Shown piece by piece: positions 28,982-39,229 of a stretch of 64,000 nucleotides of DNA (the first letter of the stretch is position 1; the number at the start of each line of letters is the position of its first letter). The translations under genes were made by a program, and so were the position numbers. The DNA comes from Desulfatiglandales bacterium (GTDB taxonomy: Bacteria > Desulfobacterota > DSM-4660 > Desulfatiglandales > Desulfatiglandaceae). The DNA is taken from positions 2,656,001 through 2,720,000 of the forward strand of contig OY762721.1 of assembly GCA_963666345.1 (NCBI GenBank), read 5' to 3'. Below the pieces are notes generated by a model. The model had not been told where the DNA came from. It was given only the letters and a program-made list of their open reading frames with translations, and did no database searches.

Positions 28982-30184
28982 ATGAGAAGTCTGGAAGGGA
29001 AAAAGGTGGTACTGGGTGTAAGCGGGGGCATCGCCGTATATAAGGCGGTTGAGCTGCTGAGACTCCTTGTGAGGGCAAAGATAGATGTAAAGGTGGCCAT
29101 GACAAAAAACGCAACCAGGTTCGTCTCGCCGCTGACCTTTGAGGCATTGTCGAAAAACAGGGTGATTTACGACATGTGGGAAGGAGACGGATCATCCATC
29201 GGCCATATCGAATGGGGTCAGGGCGCCGATCTTGTGATAATCGCCCCTGCAACGGCCAACATAATAGCCAAGGCGGCAAACGGCATCGGCGATGACTTCC
29301 TTTCGACCATGCTCCTGGCCGCTACAGCCGGGATAATGTTCTGTCCGTCGATGAACAGCCGGATGTATGAGAATCAGGCAGTGCGGGAAAACATCAATCG
29401 CCTGAAGAGCAGGGGCGCCGTGATAATGGCCTCGGGCGAGGGAGAACTGGCATGCCGTACTACCGGTCCCGGAAGGCTTCCGGAGCCGGCCGAAATAATG
29501 GAATACGCTTCCACCCTGCTTGCTCCACACGACCTTACAGGTCTAAAGATACTTATCACAGCCGGCCCTACTGTTGAACCGATGGATCCTGTTCGTTTCA
29601 TAAGCAACAGATCCTCGGGAAAGATGGGTTATTCGCTCGCAAAGGCGGCCAGGCGCAGGGGGGCCTCCGTGATACTTGTGAGCGGGCCGGTCTGTCTTGA
29701 ACCGCCTTTTGACGTAACCCTTTTAAGGACGGAAACAGCCGATGAAATGGAACAGGCGGTTTTTGACAAATACCGTGACTGTGATATCATCATAAAGGCT
29801 GCGGCCGTATCGGATTACAGGCCGAAAAGCCGTGAGCAAAACAAGATAAAAAAAGGTCCCGATTCGATGAAACTGGAACTTGTCCGGAACAGCGATATCT
29901 TAGGCCGGCTCGGGAAAAACAAGGGTGAGTCAAGGTTTGTGCTTGTCGGGTTTGCAGCTGAAACGGAAGATCTGCTCGAAAATGCCGGGAAGAAACTTAC
30001 AGCCAAGAATCTTGATATGATCGTTGCAAACGATGTATCTGCGTCCGATGCAGGTTTCGGAACGGATACAAACAGGGTCAAGATATTATACGCAGGGGGT
30101 GAAGTTGAGGATATCCCCCTGCTGGGGAAAGATGAAGTGGCGGATATAGTGCTTGAAAGGGCGAAACAACTGCTTCGGAAGTGA
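28982..30184 (+). CDS. coaBC: Phosphopantothenoylcysteine decarboxylase / phosphopantothenate-cysteine ligase
   Basis: GVSGGIAVYK, APATAN, PSMN, GELAC..GPGRL, DPVRFISNRSSGKMG, VGFAAET. Confidence 0.96.
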   Translation: MRSLEGKKVVLGVSGGIAVYKAVELLRLLVRAKIDVKVAMTKNATRFVSPLTFEALSKNRVIYDMWEGDGSSIGHIEWGQGADLVIIAPATANIIAKAANGIGDDFLSTMLLAATAGIMFCPSMNSRMYENQAVRENINRLKSRGAVIMASGEGELACRTTGPGRLPEPAEIMEYASTLLAPHDLTGLKILITAGPTVEPMDPVRFISNRSSGKMGYSLAKAARRRGASVILVSGPVCLEPPFDVTLLRTETADEMEQAVFDKYRDCDIIIKAAAVSDYRPKSREQNKIKKGPDSMKLELVRNSDILGRLGKNKGESRFVLVGFAAETEDLLENAGKKLTAKNLDMIVANDVSASDAGFGTDTNRVKILYAGGEVEDIPLLGKDEVADIVLERAKQLLRK

Positions 30185-30258
30185 TTCGGGCTTTAGGAAT
30201 TTAAGGGCCATGCCGCTTGATAGATAAAAATAAACGTTATTTACCATTGTGCCGTAAG

Positions 30259-31026
30259 ATGCCTGTTACTATTGCTGAAGACATAAAAGAGATCCTCAAG
30301 GACCTCAAAAAGACACTGCTTGTAATGGATAAAATGGGTTATGCCGTGCCGGCCGTTTCAACGGAGGCTTTAGGTTACCTGGAAAGCGGGATTTCCGCGC
30401 CTCCCTGCCGGCCGCTGTCGTCAAACGGCCGTGAAAGCGACAGGCCTGATGATATGGAGACCCTCAGGGAAGAATTAGGAGATTGCAGACGCTGTAAACT
30501 TCATAAGACAAGAAAGAATATCGTATTCGGAGAGGGATCAGACAGTGCAAGACTCGTTTTCGTGGGAGAGGGCCCCGGCAGAAATGAAGATATCCAGGGA
30601 AGGCCTTTTGTGGGAGAAGCAGGTGAGATGCTTTCAAGGATAATAAGGGCCATGGGGCTTACGAGGCGGGATGTGTTCATATGCAACGTGGTAAAGTGCA
30701 GGCCCCCGGCAAACCGCGACCCTGAAAGAGATGAAATCGAAACCTGTATGCCGTTTTTAAAAAGACAGCTTTCAATAATAAGGCCCGAGGTCATATGCAC
30801 CCTTGGCCGGGTTTCAACCCAGGCACTTTTGGGGAAGGATTTCAGGATAACCAGAGAAAGGGGAAAATGGCGCTCTTATGAGGGGATTCCCCTTATGCCT
30901 ACATTTCATCCCGCCTATATATTAAGGAATAAGCCGCGTGAAAAGGAGCTCAAGGGCCAGGTCTGGGATGACGTGCAGATGATAATGAAACGCATGGGCC
31001 TGGAGGTCAAAAGGAATGCCAAGTAG
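30259..31026 (+). CDS. Uracil-DNA glycosylase, family 4 (Fe-S)
   Basis: CRRCKL, VGEGPG, GRPFVG, NVVKCRPP, TFHPAY; start uncertain. Confidence 0.92.
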   Translation: MPVTIAEDIKEILKDLKKTLLVMDKMGYAVPAVSTEALGYLESGISAPPCRPLSSNGRESDRPDDMETLREELGDCRRCKLHKTRKNIVFGEGSDSARLVFVGEGPGRNEDIQGRPFVGEAGEMLSRIIRAMGLTRRDVFICNVVKCRPPANRDPERDEIETCMPFLKRQLSIIRPEVICTLGRVSTQALLGKDFRITRERGKWRSYEGIPLMPTFHPAYILRNKPREKELKGQVWDDVQMIMKRMGLEVKRNAK

Positions 31027-32320
31027 AAAACCGTTTTTTCTTTCCTGTTTTTTGATTTCTATTTTCTGCCTGTTTCATGTGTCCGTTATGGTTCAGCCTT
31101 CAGCCGCGGGCAATGAGGCCCTGGTAATAGAATTCGAGGGCCCTATCAACCCCGGTACCGCCATGTATGTGAAGCGGGGAATTGAAGAGGCCGATGAAAT
31201 GGGTGTGCATATCGCCGTTTTGAGGATGGATACCCCGGGCGGACTGGGTTCTTCCATGAGAACGATGGTCAAGGCGATACTCAATTCAAAGATTCCCGTA
31301 GTGGTATTCGTCGGACCGAGCGGGGCTGGAGCCGCGTCGGCAGGAGTTATGGTGACCGTTGCGGCCCATGTGGCTGCCATGTCCCCCGGCACCAATATCG
31401 GGGCGGCTCATCCCGTGACAGCGGGCGGCAAGGATATCGAAAAGACCATGTCTGAGAAGGTGGTAAACGACATGGCCGCTTATGCCAGGGGGATTGCCGA
31501 GGGCAAGGGGAGAAACGGCGAGTGGGTTGAAAAGGCGATCCGCGAGAGCGTGTCGATAACGGCCGACGAGGCGCTTGAGATAAAGGTGATCGATCTGGTG
31601 GCAAAAGACCTTGATGACCTTATGGAAAAGCTGGATGGAAGAGAAGTTCTACTGCCGGGCGGCAAAACCATCCTCAATACAAAGGGCATCGTCAGGACAC
31701 ATTACCGTCCCGGTTTCAGGGACAGGGTCCTGAGGACGATAAGTGATCCCAACATCGCCTATATACTAATGATGATAGGACTGGCAGGCCTTTATTTTGA
31801 GCTTGCGCACCCGGGCGCAATCTTTCCTGGGGTTATAGGGGCGATCTCCCTGGTTCTTGCTTTTTTTTCCTTTCAGACCCTGCCTGTAAACTATGCCGGG
31901 CTTCTTTTGATTGCCCTGGCAATAATCTTTTTTGTTGCAGAAGTTATGGTTACAAGTTATGGAATTCTTTCAATCGGCGGATTGATTTCATTGACCATAG
32001 GTTCTATTATGCTTTTCGAGGATGTGGGGGTTTCACTTAAACTCATGATGCCGACTATCGTTATTATAGGCGCGTTTTTTGTCGCCGTGGCCGGCCTGGC
32101 ATTCAAGGCCTACAGGAGCAAACCCAGGAGCGGAGAGGAGGGCCTGATAGGAGAGACCGGATATGCAAGAGAGGCGCTTGATCCTGAGGGTCTTGTGTTC
32201 GTTCATGGTGAATACTGGAGCGCCAGGGCGGGGGAAAGGATAGAACAGGGAGAACGGGTGGAAGTGGAAGGTATCGAAGGCCTTGTTCTCAGGGTCAAGA
32301 AAGTTATAACAGGTGCGTAA
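31016..32320 (+). CDS. nfeD: NfeD-family membrane-bound serine protease (long form)
   Basis: [22 protein letters not shown] region, C-terminal OB fold (VFVHGEYW). Confidence 0.9.
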   Translation: MPSRKPFFLSCFLISIFCLFHVSVMVQPSAAGNEALVIEFEGPINPGTAMYVKRGIEEADEMGVHIAVLRMDTPGGLGSSMRTMVKAILNSKIPVVVFVGPSGAGAASAGVMVTVAAHVAAMSPGTNIGAAHPVTAGGKDIEKTMSEKVVNDMAAYARGIAEGKGRNGEWVEKAIRESVSITADEALEIKVIDLVAKDLDDLMEKLDGREVLLPGGKTILNTKGIVRTHYRPGFRDRVLRTISDPNIAYILMMIGLAGLYFELAHPGAIFPGVIGAISLVLAFFSFQTLPVNYAGLLLIALAIIFFVAEVMVTSYGILSIGGLISLTIGSIMLFEDVGVSLKLMMPTIVIIGAFFVAVAGLAFKAYRSKPRSGEEGLIGETGYAREALDPEGLVFVHGEYWSARAGERIEQGERVEVEGIEGLVLRVKKVITGA

Positions 32321-32340
32321 TAAATAGACAGGGGGACATT

Positions 32341-33081
32341 ATGTTCTGGATATTGGCGGTAGTGCTGATTGTCTTTTTTTTAGCGTCGGCCATCAAGGTG
32401 CTCAGAGAGTATGAGAGAGGAGTGGTCTTCCGACTTGGAAGGGTGATCAAGACAAAGGGGCCCGGGCTTGTAATCATAATCCCGGTCATTGATAAGATGG
32501 TGAGGGTCAGCCTGAGACTCGTTACCATGGATGTGCCCACTCAAGATGTTATTACAAGGGACAATGTCTCCGTAAAGGTTGATGCCGTAGTGTATTTTCG
32601 TGTAATGGAACCTACCAAGGCCACTATTGAGGTCGAAAATTACATCTTCGCCACGTCCCAGCTTTCCCAGACTACCTTGAGAAGCGTCTGCGGGCAGGCG
32701 GAACTGGATGAGCTTTTGGCCGAAAGGGATAAGATAAACACTAAGTTGCAGAATATCCTGGACAGCCACACCGATCCCTGGGGAATCAAGGTGACGGCGG
32801 TTGAGGTAAAGAGAATCGACCTTCCAACTGAGATGCAGCGCGCAATGGCAAGACAGGCTGAAGCCGAAAGGGACAGGCGGGCGAAGGTCATAAACGCGGA
32901 GGGCGAATACCAGGCCGCAGACAGACTTGCCGAGGCTGCCGGAATAATAAGGGAATACCCGGAGGCGCTTCAGCTCAGATATCTCCAGACCCTGAAAGAG
33001 ATATCCGCTGAGAATAATTCAACCATACTTTTCCCGATTCCGATAGACCTGTTAAGGCCTTTCCTCGGAAAGGAAAAGTAG
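32341..33081 (+). CDS. Stomatin/slipin (SPFH) protein
   Basis: [30 protein letters not shown]; canonical nfeD partner. Confidence 0.93.
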   Translation: MFWILAVVLIVFFLASAIKVLREYERGVVFRLGRVIKTKGPGLVIIIPVIDKMVRVSLRLVTMDVPTQDVITRDNVSVKVDAVVYFRVMEPTKATIEVENYIFATSQLSQTTLRSVCGQAELDELLAERDKINTKLQNILDSHTDPWGIKVTAVEVKRIDLPTEMQRAMARQAEAERDRRAKVINAEGEYQAADRLAEAAGIIREYPEALQLRYLQTLKEISAENNSTILFPIPIDLLRPFLGKEK

Positions 33082-33158
33082 GCCGGTGAGCTTATGATTA
33101 TGAAAGGATTTCAGTATCCTTTCATTCCGCCTTGATAAGAGGGGCAGTAAATAAATCG

Positions 33159-33426
33159 GGATCTTTTCCCGATTAGTTGGTCGATCAGCATATGGTTTTT
33201 GCACGGTGTGATTTGTCAGGATTCGAAGGCTCAAGGGGCCAAGGGTCCGAGTGAAAAACAAAGAAAAATTTAAGAGGGTTCTAATTTTTAGTCGATAGAA
33301 TATTCACTTACACAAACAAAAAAAGACTCGATTTTACAGTAATCACATGTTCAAATATCGCCTAATTGAACCCTCGGACCCTGGAATCCTTGAACCCTTT
33401 TCGTACAACTAAATCGGAGAAGAACC
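33159..33426. mobile_element. Gene-less MITE (family A) with 21-bp imperfect TIRs, inverted octamer arms and a putative 8-bp target duplication
   Basis: Left end GGATCTTTTCCCGATTAGTTG; reverse complement of right end GGTTCTTCTCCGATTTAGTTG; flanks ATAAATCG (33151-33158) and ATAAATAG (33427-33434). Confidence 0.7.
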
Positions 33427-33455
33427 ATAAATAGAAAAAAGACAGGAGAAAAAGT

Positions 33456-33932
33456 ATGTCAGAAGAGATCAAGGAGAAAATAGAAGAGACCTCAAAGGAT
33501 GTCACCGAAGCCGGTACCAAGGAGCCTGAAAATGAGGCCGCACAAGAGGTCCCTGCTCGGGAAAATAAGGAAACGGATGCGAAAGACTCGGATAAAGGGC
33601 CTGATGCGGAAGAAAAACCCCTTGATAAGATGACGGTTGTGGAGCTGAGGGAAATCGCCAAGGAGATCCCCGGTGTAACCGGTGTGCATGCCATGAAAAA
33701 AGAGGAAGTGCTGGCCACAATAAAGGAATACAGGGGCATAGTGGATGAGAAACCTGTCAGGAAAAAGGTGGCCAAAGTAGGGTTGAGCATTAAGGAACTG
33801 AAGGAAAAAACGGCTCAGCTGAGACAGGAAAAAGAATCCGCCAGAGCGGCAAAGGATATGAAAAGGGTCGGTATGCTGCGCCGCCGCATCAACCGCCTCA
33901 AAAAGAAGACAAGAAAGGCCATACAGGCATAG
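33456..33932 (+). CDS. Rho N-terminal (HeH)-domain basic coiled-coil protein
   Basis: LDKMTVVELREIAK..GV..MKKEEVL motif; acidic N-terminus, basic C-terminus; AGGAG RBS. Confidence 0.75.
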   Translation: MSEEIKEKIEETSKDVTEAGTKEPENEAAQEVPARENKETDAKDSDKGPDAEEKPLDKMTVVELREIAKEIPGVTGVHAMKKEEVLATIKEYRGIVDEKPVRKKVAKVGLSIKELKEKTAQLRQEKESARAAKDMKRVGMLRRRINRLKKKTRKAIQA

Positions 33933-33950
33933 GCCGTGGAATAAACCCAG

Positions 33951-33992
33951 GACAGGTCCCGGCGCTCAAGGCCCGGGGCCTGTCTTTGTTTT
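33951..33992 (+). terminator. Intrinsic terminator
   Basis: GACAGGTCCCGG..CCGGGGCCTGTC stem followed by TTTGTTTT, just after the stop at 33932. Confidence 0.7.
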
Positions 33993-34003
33993 CTGCTCCT
34001 GAT

Positions 34004-34744
34004 ATGGATAAAGATAGAAGCGATAAAGAAAGAAAAGGGACAGTCGCGATAATACCCGCTGCGGGTGAGGGTATCCGCATGGGAAGCAAAAAGGCAAAGC
34101 AGTTCCTGGAACTGAAGGGAATGCCGATCGTCGCTTCCACCCTGAGGGTTTTTGACCTTTGTCCGATTATTGACGCTGTTATTCTGGTAGTGCCGGAATC
34201 TGATGTGGGTTACTGTATCAGGGATATAGTTGAAAAATATGAACTTGCCAAGGTTGAAAAGGTGGTTCCGGGCGGGAAAAGAAGACAGGATTCCGTTAGA
34301 AAGGGGCTTGAGGCCTCGGCCGGAAAATATGAACTGGTTCTGATCCATGACGGGGTCAGGCCGTTTGTGAGCGAGGGGGTTATTAAAAATGTAATCCAGT
34401 CGGCAAGGGTCCATGGCGCGGCAAGTGCAGGTCTGCCCGTAAAGGAAACCATCAAGGAAGTAAGTGAGAGCGGCGATGTGATACGGACCTATGACCGTAA
34501 ATTTGTGTGGGCCATTCAGACCCCTCAGGCCTTTTATTATGAGGAGATAATGAAGGCCCATCAGAAGGCCGTTATGGAGGCCTGGGAAGATGCGACTGAT
34601 GACTGTCAGCTGATGGAAAAAATGGGGGTGACGGTCAGGGTGGTGGAAGGATCGGAAGAAAATATCAAGGTAACTACACCCCATGATCTTATCATGGCAA
34701 GGTTCCTTACGGAGCACAAGACTTTTATTAGACCAAGAGACTGA
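34004..34744 (+). CDS. ispD: 2-C-methyl-D-erythritol 4-phosphate cytidylyltransferase
   Basis: IPAAGEGIRMG, KQF, GG.RRQDSV, IHDGVRPF, QTPQAF, TDD, NIKVTTP. Confidence 0.95.
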   Translation: MDKDRSDKERKGTVAIIPAAGEGIRMGSKKAKQFLELKGMPIVASTLRVFDLCPIIDAVILVVPESDVGYCIRDIVEKYELAKVEKVVPGGKRRQDSVRKGLEASAGKYELVLIHDGVRPFVSEGVIKNVIQSARVHGAASAGLPVKETIKEVSESGDVIRTYDRKFVWAIQTPQAFYYEEIMKAHQKAVMEAWEDATDDCQLMEKMGVTVRVVEGSEENIKVTTPHDLIMARFLTEHKTFIRPRD

Positions 34745-34750
34745 AGAAAG

Positions 34751-35674
34751 ATGAAACTACGAATCGGAACCAGAAAAAGCAAACTGGCGTTAGCCCAGAG
34801 TAGGTGGGTGAAACAGAAGATAGAATCAAGGCATCCTGGTGTGGATGTCGAACTTGTAAGGATTCAAACCACGGGTGACAAAATCCTTGATTCACCTCTG
34901 AATGCAATCGGCGGCAAAGGCCTTTTCGTCAAGGAGATCGAAGATGCGCTGATCTCAAAAAAGGTGGACCTCGCCGTTCACAGCATGAAGGATGTGCCTG
35001 CCCGGCTTCCAGATCGACTGAGCCTTTCAATATTTCCTGAAAGGGAAGATCCTTTTGATGCCTTTCTTTCAGTCGCGGTTGTGGACATAGGACATCTTCC
35101 TGCCGGTGCGCGGGTGGGTACCAGCAGCCTCAGAAGATCTTCCCAGTTGCTCAGCATCAGACCGGACCTTGCTATCGTGCCCTTAAGGGGAAATGTCGAC
35201 ACGCGCATAGGAAAGATGGAAGCAGGGGAAACAGATGCAATCATACTTGCCGCGGCCGGCCTCAACAGGCTCGGAATAGGTGAAAGGATCAGGTCAAAGA
35301 TACCTGCTGATGTCCTGCTTCCCGCCATAGGTCAGGGTGCCCTGGGGCTTGAGGTGAGGTCGGACGATGAGGCAACCATCGGGATGCTCAGGTTTTTAAA
35401 TCATGGGCCGACAGAGTCGGCTGTGAGGGCCGAAAGGGCCCTTTTAAAGGAGCTTGAGGGCGGTTGCCAGGTGCCTATCGCAGGATTCGCCCGGATAAAT
35501 AATGGAAAAATCAGGCTGAGGGGCATGGTGGCGGAACTGGACGGTTCAAGGATAATAAGGGATGAAGTAACAGGAGATCCGGTTGAGGCCGAGGATCTCG
35601 GAAGATCACTCGCCCACAGGCTTATCGAAGCGGGGGCGGATCGTATCCTTGCCGAGATATACGGGAGGGATTGA
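34751..35674 (+). CDS. hemC: Hydroxymethylbilane synthase
   Basis: GTRKSKLA, GGKGLFVKE, HSMKDVP, GTSSLRR, RGNVDTR, EGGCQVP. Confidence 0.97.
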   Translation: MKLRIGTRKSKLALAQSRWVKQKIESRHPGVDVELVRIQTTGDKILDSPLNAIGGKGLFVKEIEDALISKKVDLAVHSMKDVPARLPDRLSLSIFPEREDPFDAFLSVAVVDIGHLPAGARVGTSSLRRSSQLLSIRPDLAIVPLRGNVDTRIGKMEAGETDAIILAAAGLNRLGIGERIRSKIPADVLLPAIGQGALGLEVRSDDEATIGMLRFLNHGPTESAVRAERALLKELEGGCQVPIAGFARINNGKIRLRGMVAELDGSRIIRDEVTGDPVEAEDLGRSLAHRLIEAGADRILAEIYGRD

Positions 35675-37230
35675 AAGTGCGGGGAAAAGGCAAAGTTTAT
35701 CTTGTAGGAGCCGGTCCCGGTGACCCGGGTCTCATGACGATAAAAGGCAGGCAGTGTCTGGAATCGGCGGATGTCGTGGTCTACGATTTCCTCGCCAACA
35801 GGACCTTTCTTGAGTACGCAGGAGAGAATGCCGAACTCATATATGTAGGCAAAAAAGGCGGGTGCCATACCATGAGACAGGAGGATATAAATTCCTTAAT
35901 AGTCGAGAAGGCAGGCATGGGACTGACCGTTGTAAGGCTTAAGGGAGGTGACCCTTTCATATTCGGAAGAGGGGGCGAAGAGGCCCAGGAACTGGTCGAG
36001 GCGGGCGTGGACTATGAGGTGGTGCCGGGCGTGACATCCGCTATCGCGGTACCGGCGTATGCCGGCATACCTCTGACTCACAGGGATTATACCTCCTCCG
36101 TGGCTTTTGTTACGGGGCATGAAAATCCGGATAAAGGGCACTCCGATATCGCCTGGGACAGGTTGGCCGATGGCGTCGGTACCCTTGTTTTTCTTATGGG
36201 TGTGGGAAATCTGGGCGGTATCGCCAAAAAACTGATGCAGCATGGTAAGGGAGCCGACACCCCTGTGGCCGTGATAATGAACGGAACCTCGAGCATGCAG
36301 AAGACGATCACGGGAAGGCTGGACAATATCAGGGAAAAGGCCGAACTGAGCGGCATCAGACCTCCGGCCATAATTGTCGTGGGAGGAGTCGCCGGTCTCA
36401 GGGATCAGCTAAAATGGTTTGAAAAAAGGCCCCTTCTGGGCAGAAGAATAGTCGTGACAAGGGCCAGGGAGCAGGCAAGCGGGTTTTTGAAAAGACTCGG
36501 CGAACTGGGCGCGGAATGCATAGAATTCCCCACTATCGAAATCCTTCCGGCACCGGACTGGAACAGACTTGATGAAGCGATTAGAGCGCTTGATAAATAT
36601 GACTGGCTTCTCTTTACCTCGGTAAACGGGGTGAAATATTTTTTCATGCGGCTTAAGGCATGCGGAAAAGATGTCAGGGATCTCAGCGGCATCAGGATAG
36701 GCGCGATAGGTCCCAAGACCGCTGAAATTTTAAACAACATGGGCATAATGCCGGATATAATTCCGGATGAATACAGGGCTGAAGCCCTGGTTGAACAGCT
36801 GGGACAAGCCGGTATAACGGGTGCCCATATCCTTATCCCGAGGGCTGAAAAGGCAAGAGAAATATTGCCTGAGGAACTGAGGAAAAAAGGAGCCAATGTC
36901 GATGTGGTAACCACTTACAGGACAGTGCTGCCGGATCGGGACAGGGAGGAGATAGTTAAAATGTTTGAGAGGGGTCAGATAGACATGGTGACCTTTACGA
37001 GTTCTTCGACTGTAAAAAATTTCTGTGAGATCTTTTCTTCCAGTAAGACGGTATTGAAAAAGTGGATGTCCTCCGTTTCCGTCGCCAGTATCGGTCCCAT
37101 AACCTCAGAAACGGCTGTCTCAGAGGGCTTTTCAGTTGATCTGGTCCCCGCCGAATACACAATAGAGGCCCTGACTGAAAGCATCGTGGAATTTTTCGGA
37201 TCACCAGCTGATCCTACTAAAATACCTTGA
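35671..37230 (+). CDS. cobA: Uroporphyrinogen-III C-methyltransferase / uroporphyrinogen-III synthase fusion (CobA-HemD)
   Basis: VGAGPGDPGL, RLKGGDPFIFGRGGEE, then VVTRAREQA, FTSVNGV, FTSSSTV, SIGPIT. Confidence 0.95.
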   Translation: MKVRGKGKVYLVGAGPGDPGLMTIKGRQCLESADVVVYDFLANRTFLEYAGENAELIYVGKKGGCHTMRQEDINSLIVEKAGMGLTVVRLKGGDPFIFGRGGEEAQELVEAGVDYEVVPGVTSAIAVPAYAGIPLTHRDYTSSVAFVTGHENPDKGHSDIAWDRLADGVGTLVFLMGVGNLGGIAKKLMQHGKGADTPVAVIMNGTSSMQKTITGRLDNIREKAELSGIRPPAIIVVGGVAGLRDQLKWFEKRPLLGRRIVVTRAREQASGFLKRLGELGAECIEFPTIEILPAPDWNRLDEAIRALDKYDWLLFTSVNGVKYFFMRLKACGKDVRDLSGIRIGAIGPKTAEILNNMGIMPDIIPDEYRAEALVEQLGQAGITGAHILIPRAEKAREILPEELRKKGANVDVVTTYRTVLPDRDREEIVKMFERGQIDMVTFTSSSTVKNFCEIFSSSKTVLKKWMSSVSVASIGPITSETAVSEGFSVDLVPAEYTIEALTESIVEFFGSPADPTKIP

Positions 37231-38026
37231 GGAGATATTTTTCTCTGTCAAAATTGTCGTAAGATTCCGTGCCTGGCAGATCCAGACATTCCCTGGCAAA
37301 CCTGAACACCCTTTCATAGTCAAAGACCATGCCCATGTTTTGGTAATATTTTTCCAGGATTCTCTTAGGCCTCGAAGTCTCAAACTTACACTCCCTGGTG
37401 ATAAAGGGAATTTTCAGGGATTTCAGGACCTCCAGGATGTTGTTTGAATTGTACCTTATAAGAGGCCTGTAGATCTTAAAGCCTTCTTTCATCTCGAGTA
37501 GGGGATAAAATCGTTGGGCTGTTGTAAGGAATCTGTCGCTCCCTGAATGACCCTTAGGCGAACTTCCCAGCTTCTCTGAAAGAATTTCCTCCAGAGAATA
37601 GCTGACTATGTCCCAGAGGCTGTAACTGGTAACAATTATAAGGTCCTTCCAATCCTTAACCAGTTTTGAAAGCACAATGTTGAGCACCTCTTTTCTCAGC
37701 TCCTGGCAGACAATACAGGGCGTGTCCGTGTTTTCAATCTTTGAGTCCGTATCAGCCAGTTTGTGCCAGTTTACCGTCACTCCTCTTCTTTCCCAGTATG
37801 AACCGATCTTTTCCATTTCTTCGTCAGGATAACGATGAACGGGAAAAATACCGGCGTGAACCTCAAGTTCAAACCGGAGTTCTTTTGATGCTTTCAACAT
37901 GAAATCAAGGGCAAGAGAAGAATCTTTACCACCTGAAAAGAGCATGAAAAATTGTTTATTTCTCAAGTCCTCGAGTGTCTTGATTTGACTTTCTTTCCAA
38001 CTTTGATATGCCTTGCAAGAGGTCAT
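37217..38026 (-). CDS. Divergent PP-loop ATPase (TtcA/TilS-like)
   Basis: FSGGKDS PP-loop, PCIVC, IYRPL; AGGGAG RBS before ATG 38026; last gene of the operon, overlapping cobA-hemD convergently by 14 nt. Confidence 0.8.
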   Translation of the reverse strand: MTSCKAYQSWKESQIKTLEDLRNKQFFMLFSGGKDSSLALDFMLKASKELRFELEVHAGIFPVHRYPDEEMEKIGSYWERRGVTVNWHKLADTDSKIENTDTPCIVCQELRKEVLNIVLSKLVKDWKDLIIVTSYSLWDIVSYSLEEILSEKLGSSPKGHSGSDRFLTTAQRFYPLLEMKEGFKIYRPLIRYNSNNILEVLKSLKIPFITRECKFETSRPKRILEKYYQNMGMVFDYERVFRFARECLDLPGTESYDNFDREKYLLKVF

Positions 38027-38082
38027 GCGTATCTCCCTGTCAGCTTCGGTTATGAAGTTTTCTCTTAGTGCCTGAAGGTTTC

Positions 38083-39228
38083 TCAAGGTGCATTTATAAC
38101 GGTCAGTAGGTCGCAAAGTTTCTCAAGCGAGTGCCTGCTGACCTCCACTCCCAGACCGCAGCCTTTTATCGGGCCTCCCTCACCCCCGGGTCCAAAGGAC
38201 ACATTTGACGTAGTCAGGTTCTCTTTTAGGACAAAGTCGTCATAGGAGCCGTCCCAGTAGGCTGCATCCCCGCTCAGGAGGCCCAGAACTCTTCCTGCAG
38301 CTGACAGTAACCCCGATTCACCAAGCTGACATCCGATCTGAAAAGAAAGACCCCGGGATCTCAAAAAATCGGTTATCTCCAGGGACCTGATCAACCCGCC
38401 GCACTTGGAAAGCCTCACATTTATCAGGTCATAGAAACCCTGATCCGCGATTTTCACGCAATCCTTCATTGAGCAGGCCGATTCATCCGCCATAAGCCTT
38501 ATGTTGTTTTCGTTCATCAATCGGGCAATTACGGGAAGCTGGTCGCTTTCAGGATCAACAGGCTGCTCAAGAACGCTGACCCCGTTTTTCAGAAAAAGAT
38601 CAAGATGCCTTTTTGCCAGTTCAAAGTTCCATGAGCCGTTGATGTCTATCCTGATATCCGAAAGCCCGCCGAAGATTATACCGGCGGTTTCAATCCTTTC
38701 CTTGTTTTCCAGGTAGATGCCGCCCATTTTTATTCGCAATGGACTTAATCCGAATGCCTTTATCTGCCGGCAGACTTCGGTGGTCCTTTCTCTGCCCGCC
38801 ATAGGGATGGTGGCGCCATAGAATACATGGCCGGTATAATGATTTTTCGGGAAAAAATCCAAGACCGCCCTGTTTTGTATCTTTCCCAGAAGGTCCAGTA
38901 ATGCGGTTTCAAGGGCGCAGAGGGCGGCATTGCCATTCTTGCCGGAGTCAACCCGGGATACGAATTCCCATATCTGGGATTCATTTTCCAAATTCCATGG
39001 GAAGTGTTCGGATGCCAGAAGATGTTCTATTCTCTTTGCAGCGCCTGTTTGGGATTCCCCAGTTACGTAGGATCTGGGGGCGCCTTCTCCGTAACCTTTG
39101 ACTCTTCCCTTTTCCGTCGTCACCTGGACCACCAGGTTGTCGGCTGAAAGCCCTTTTTTCCTGGAATGGGAGAAATCCCCTCTAAAAGGGAGGCTCAGCT
39201 TATAGACCTTTACCGTTTCAATATTCAT
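38083..39228 (-). CDS. Enolase-superfamily enzyme (muconate lactonizing enzyme / dipeptide epimerase subgroup)
   Basis: GYGEGAPR, ALETALLD, metal ligands IDING/LEQP/MADES, SKCGG, GCQLGES; ATG 1 nt after the kinase stop. Confidence 0.88.
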   Translation of the reverse strand: MNIETVKVYKLSLPFRGDFSHSRKKGLSADNLVVQVTTEKGRVKGYGEGAPRSYVTGESQTGAAKRIEHLLASEHFPWNLENESQIWEFVSRVDSGKNGNAALCALETALLDLLGKIQNRAVLDFFPKNHYTGHVFYGATIPMAGRERTTEVCRQIKAFGLSPLRIKMGGIYLENKERIETAGIIFGGLSDIRIDINGSWNFELAKRHLDLFLKNGVSVLEQPVDPESDQLPVIARLMNENNIRLMADESACSMKDCVKIADQGFYDLINVRLSKCGGLIRSLEITDFLRSRGLSFQIGCQLGESGLLSAAGRVLGLLSGDAAYWDGSYDDFVLKENLTTSNVSFGPGGEGGPIKGCGLGVEVSRHSLEKLCDLLTVINAP

Positions 39229-39229
39229 C

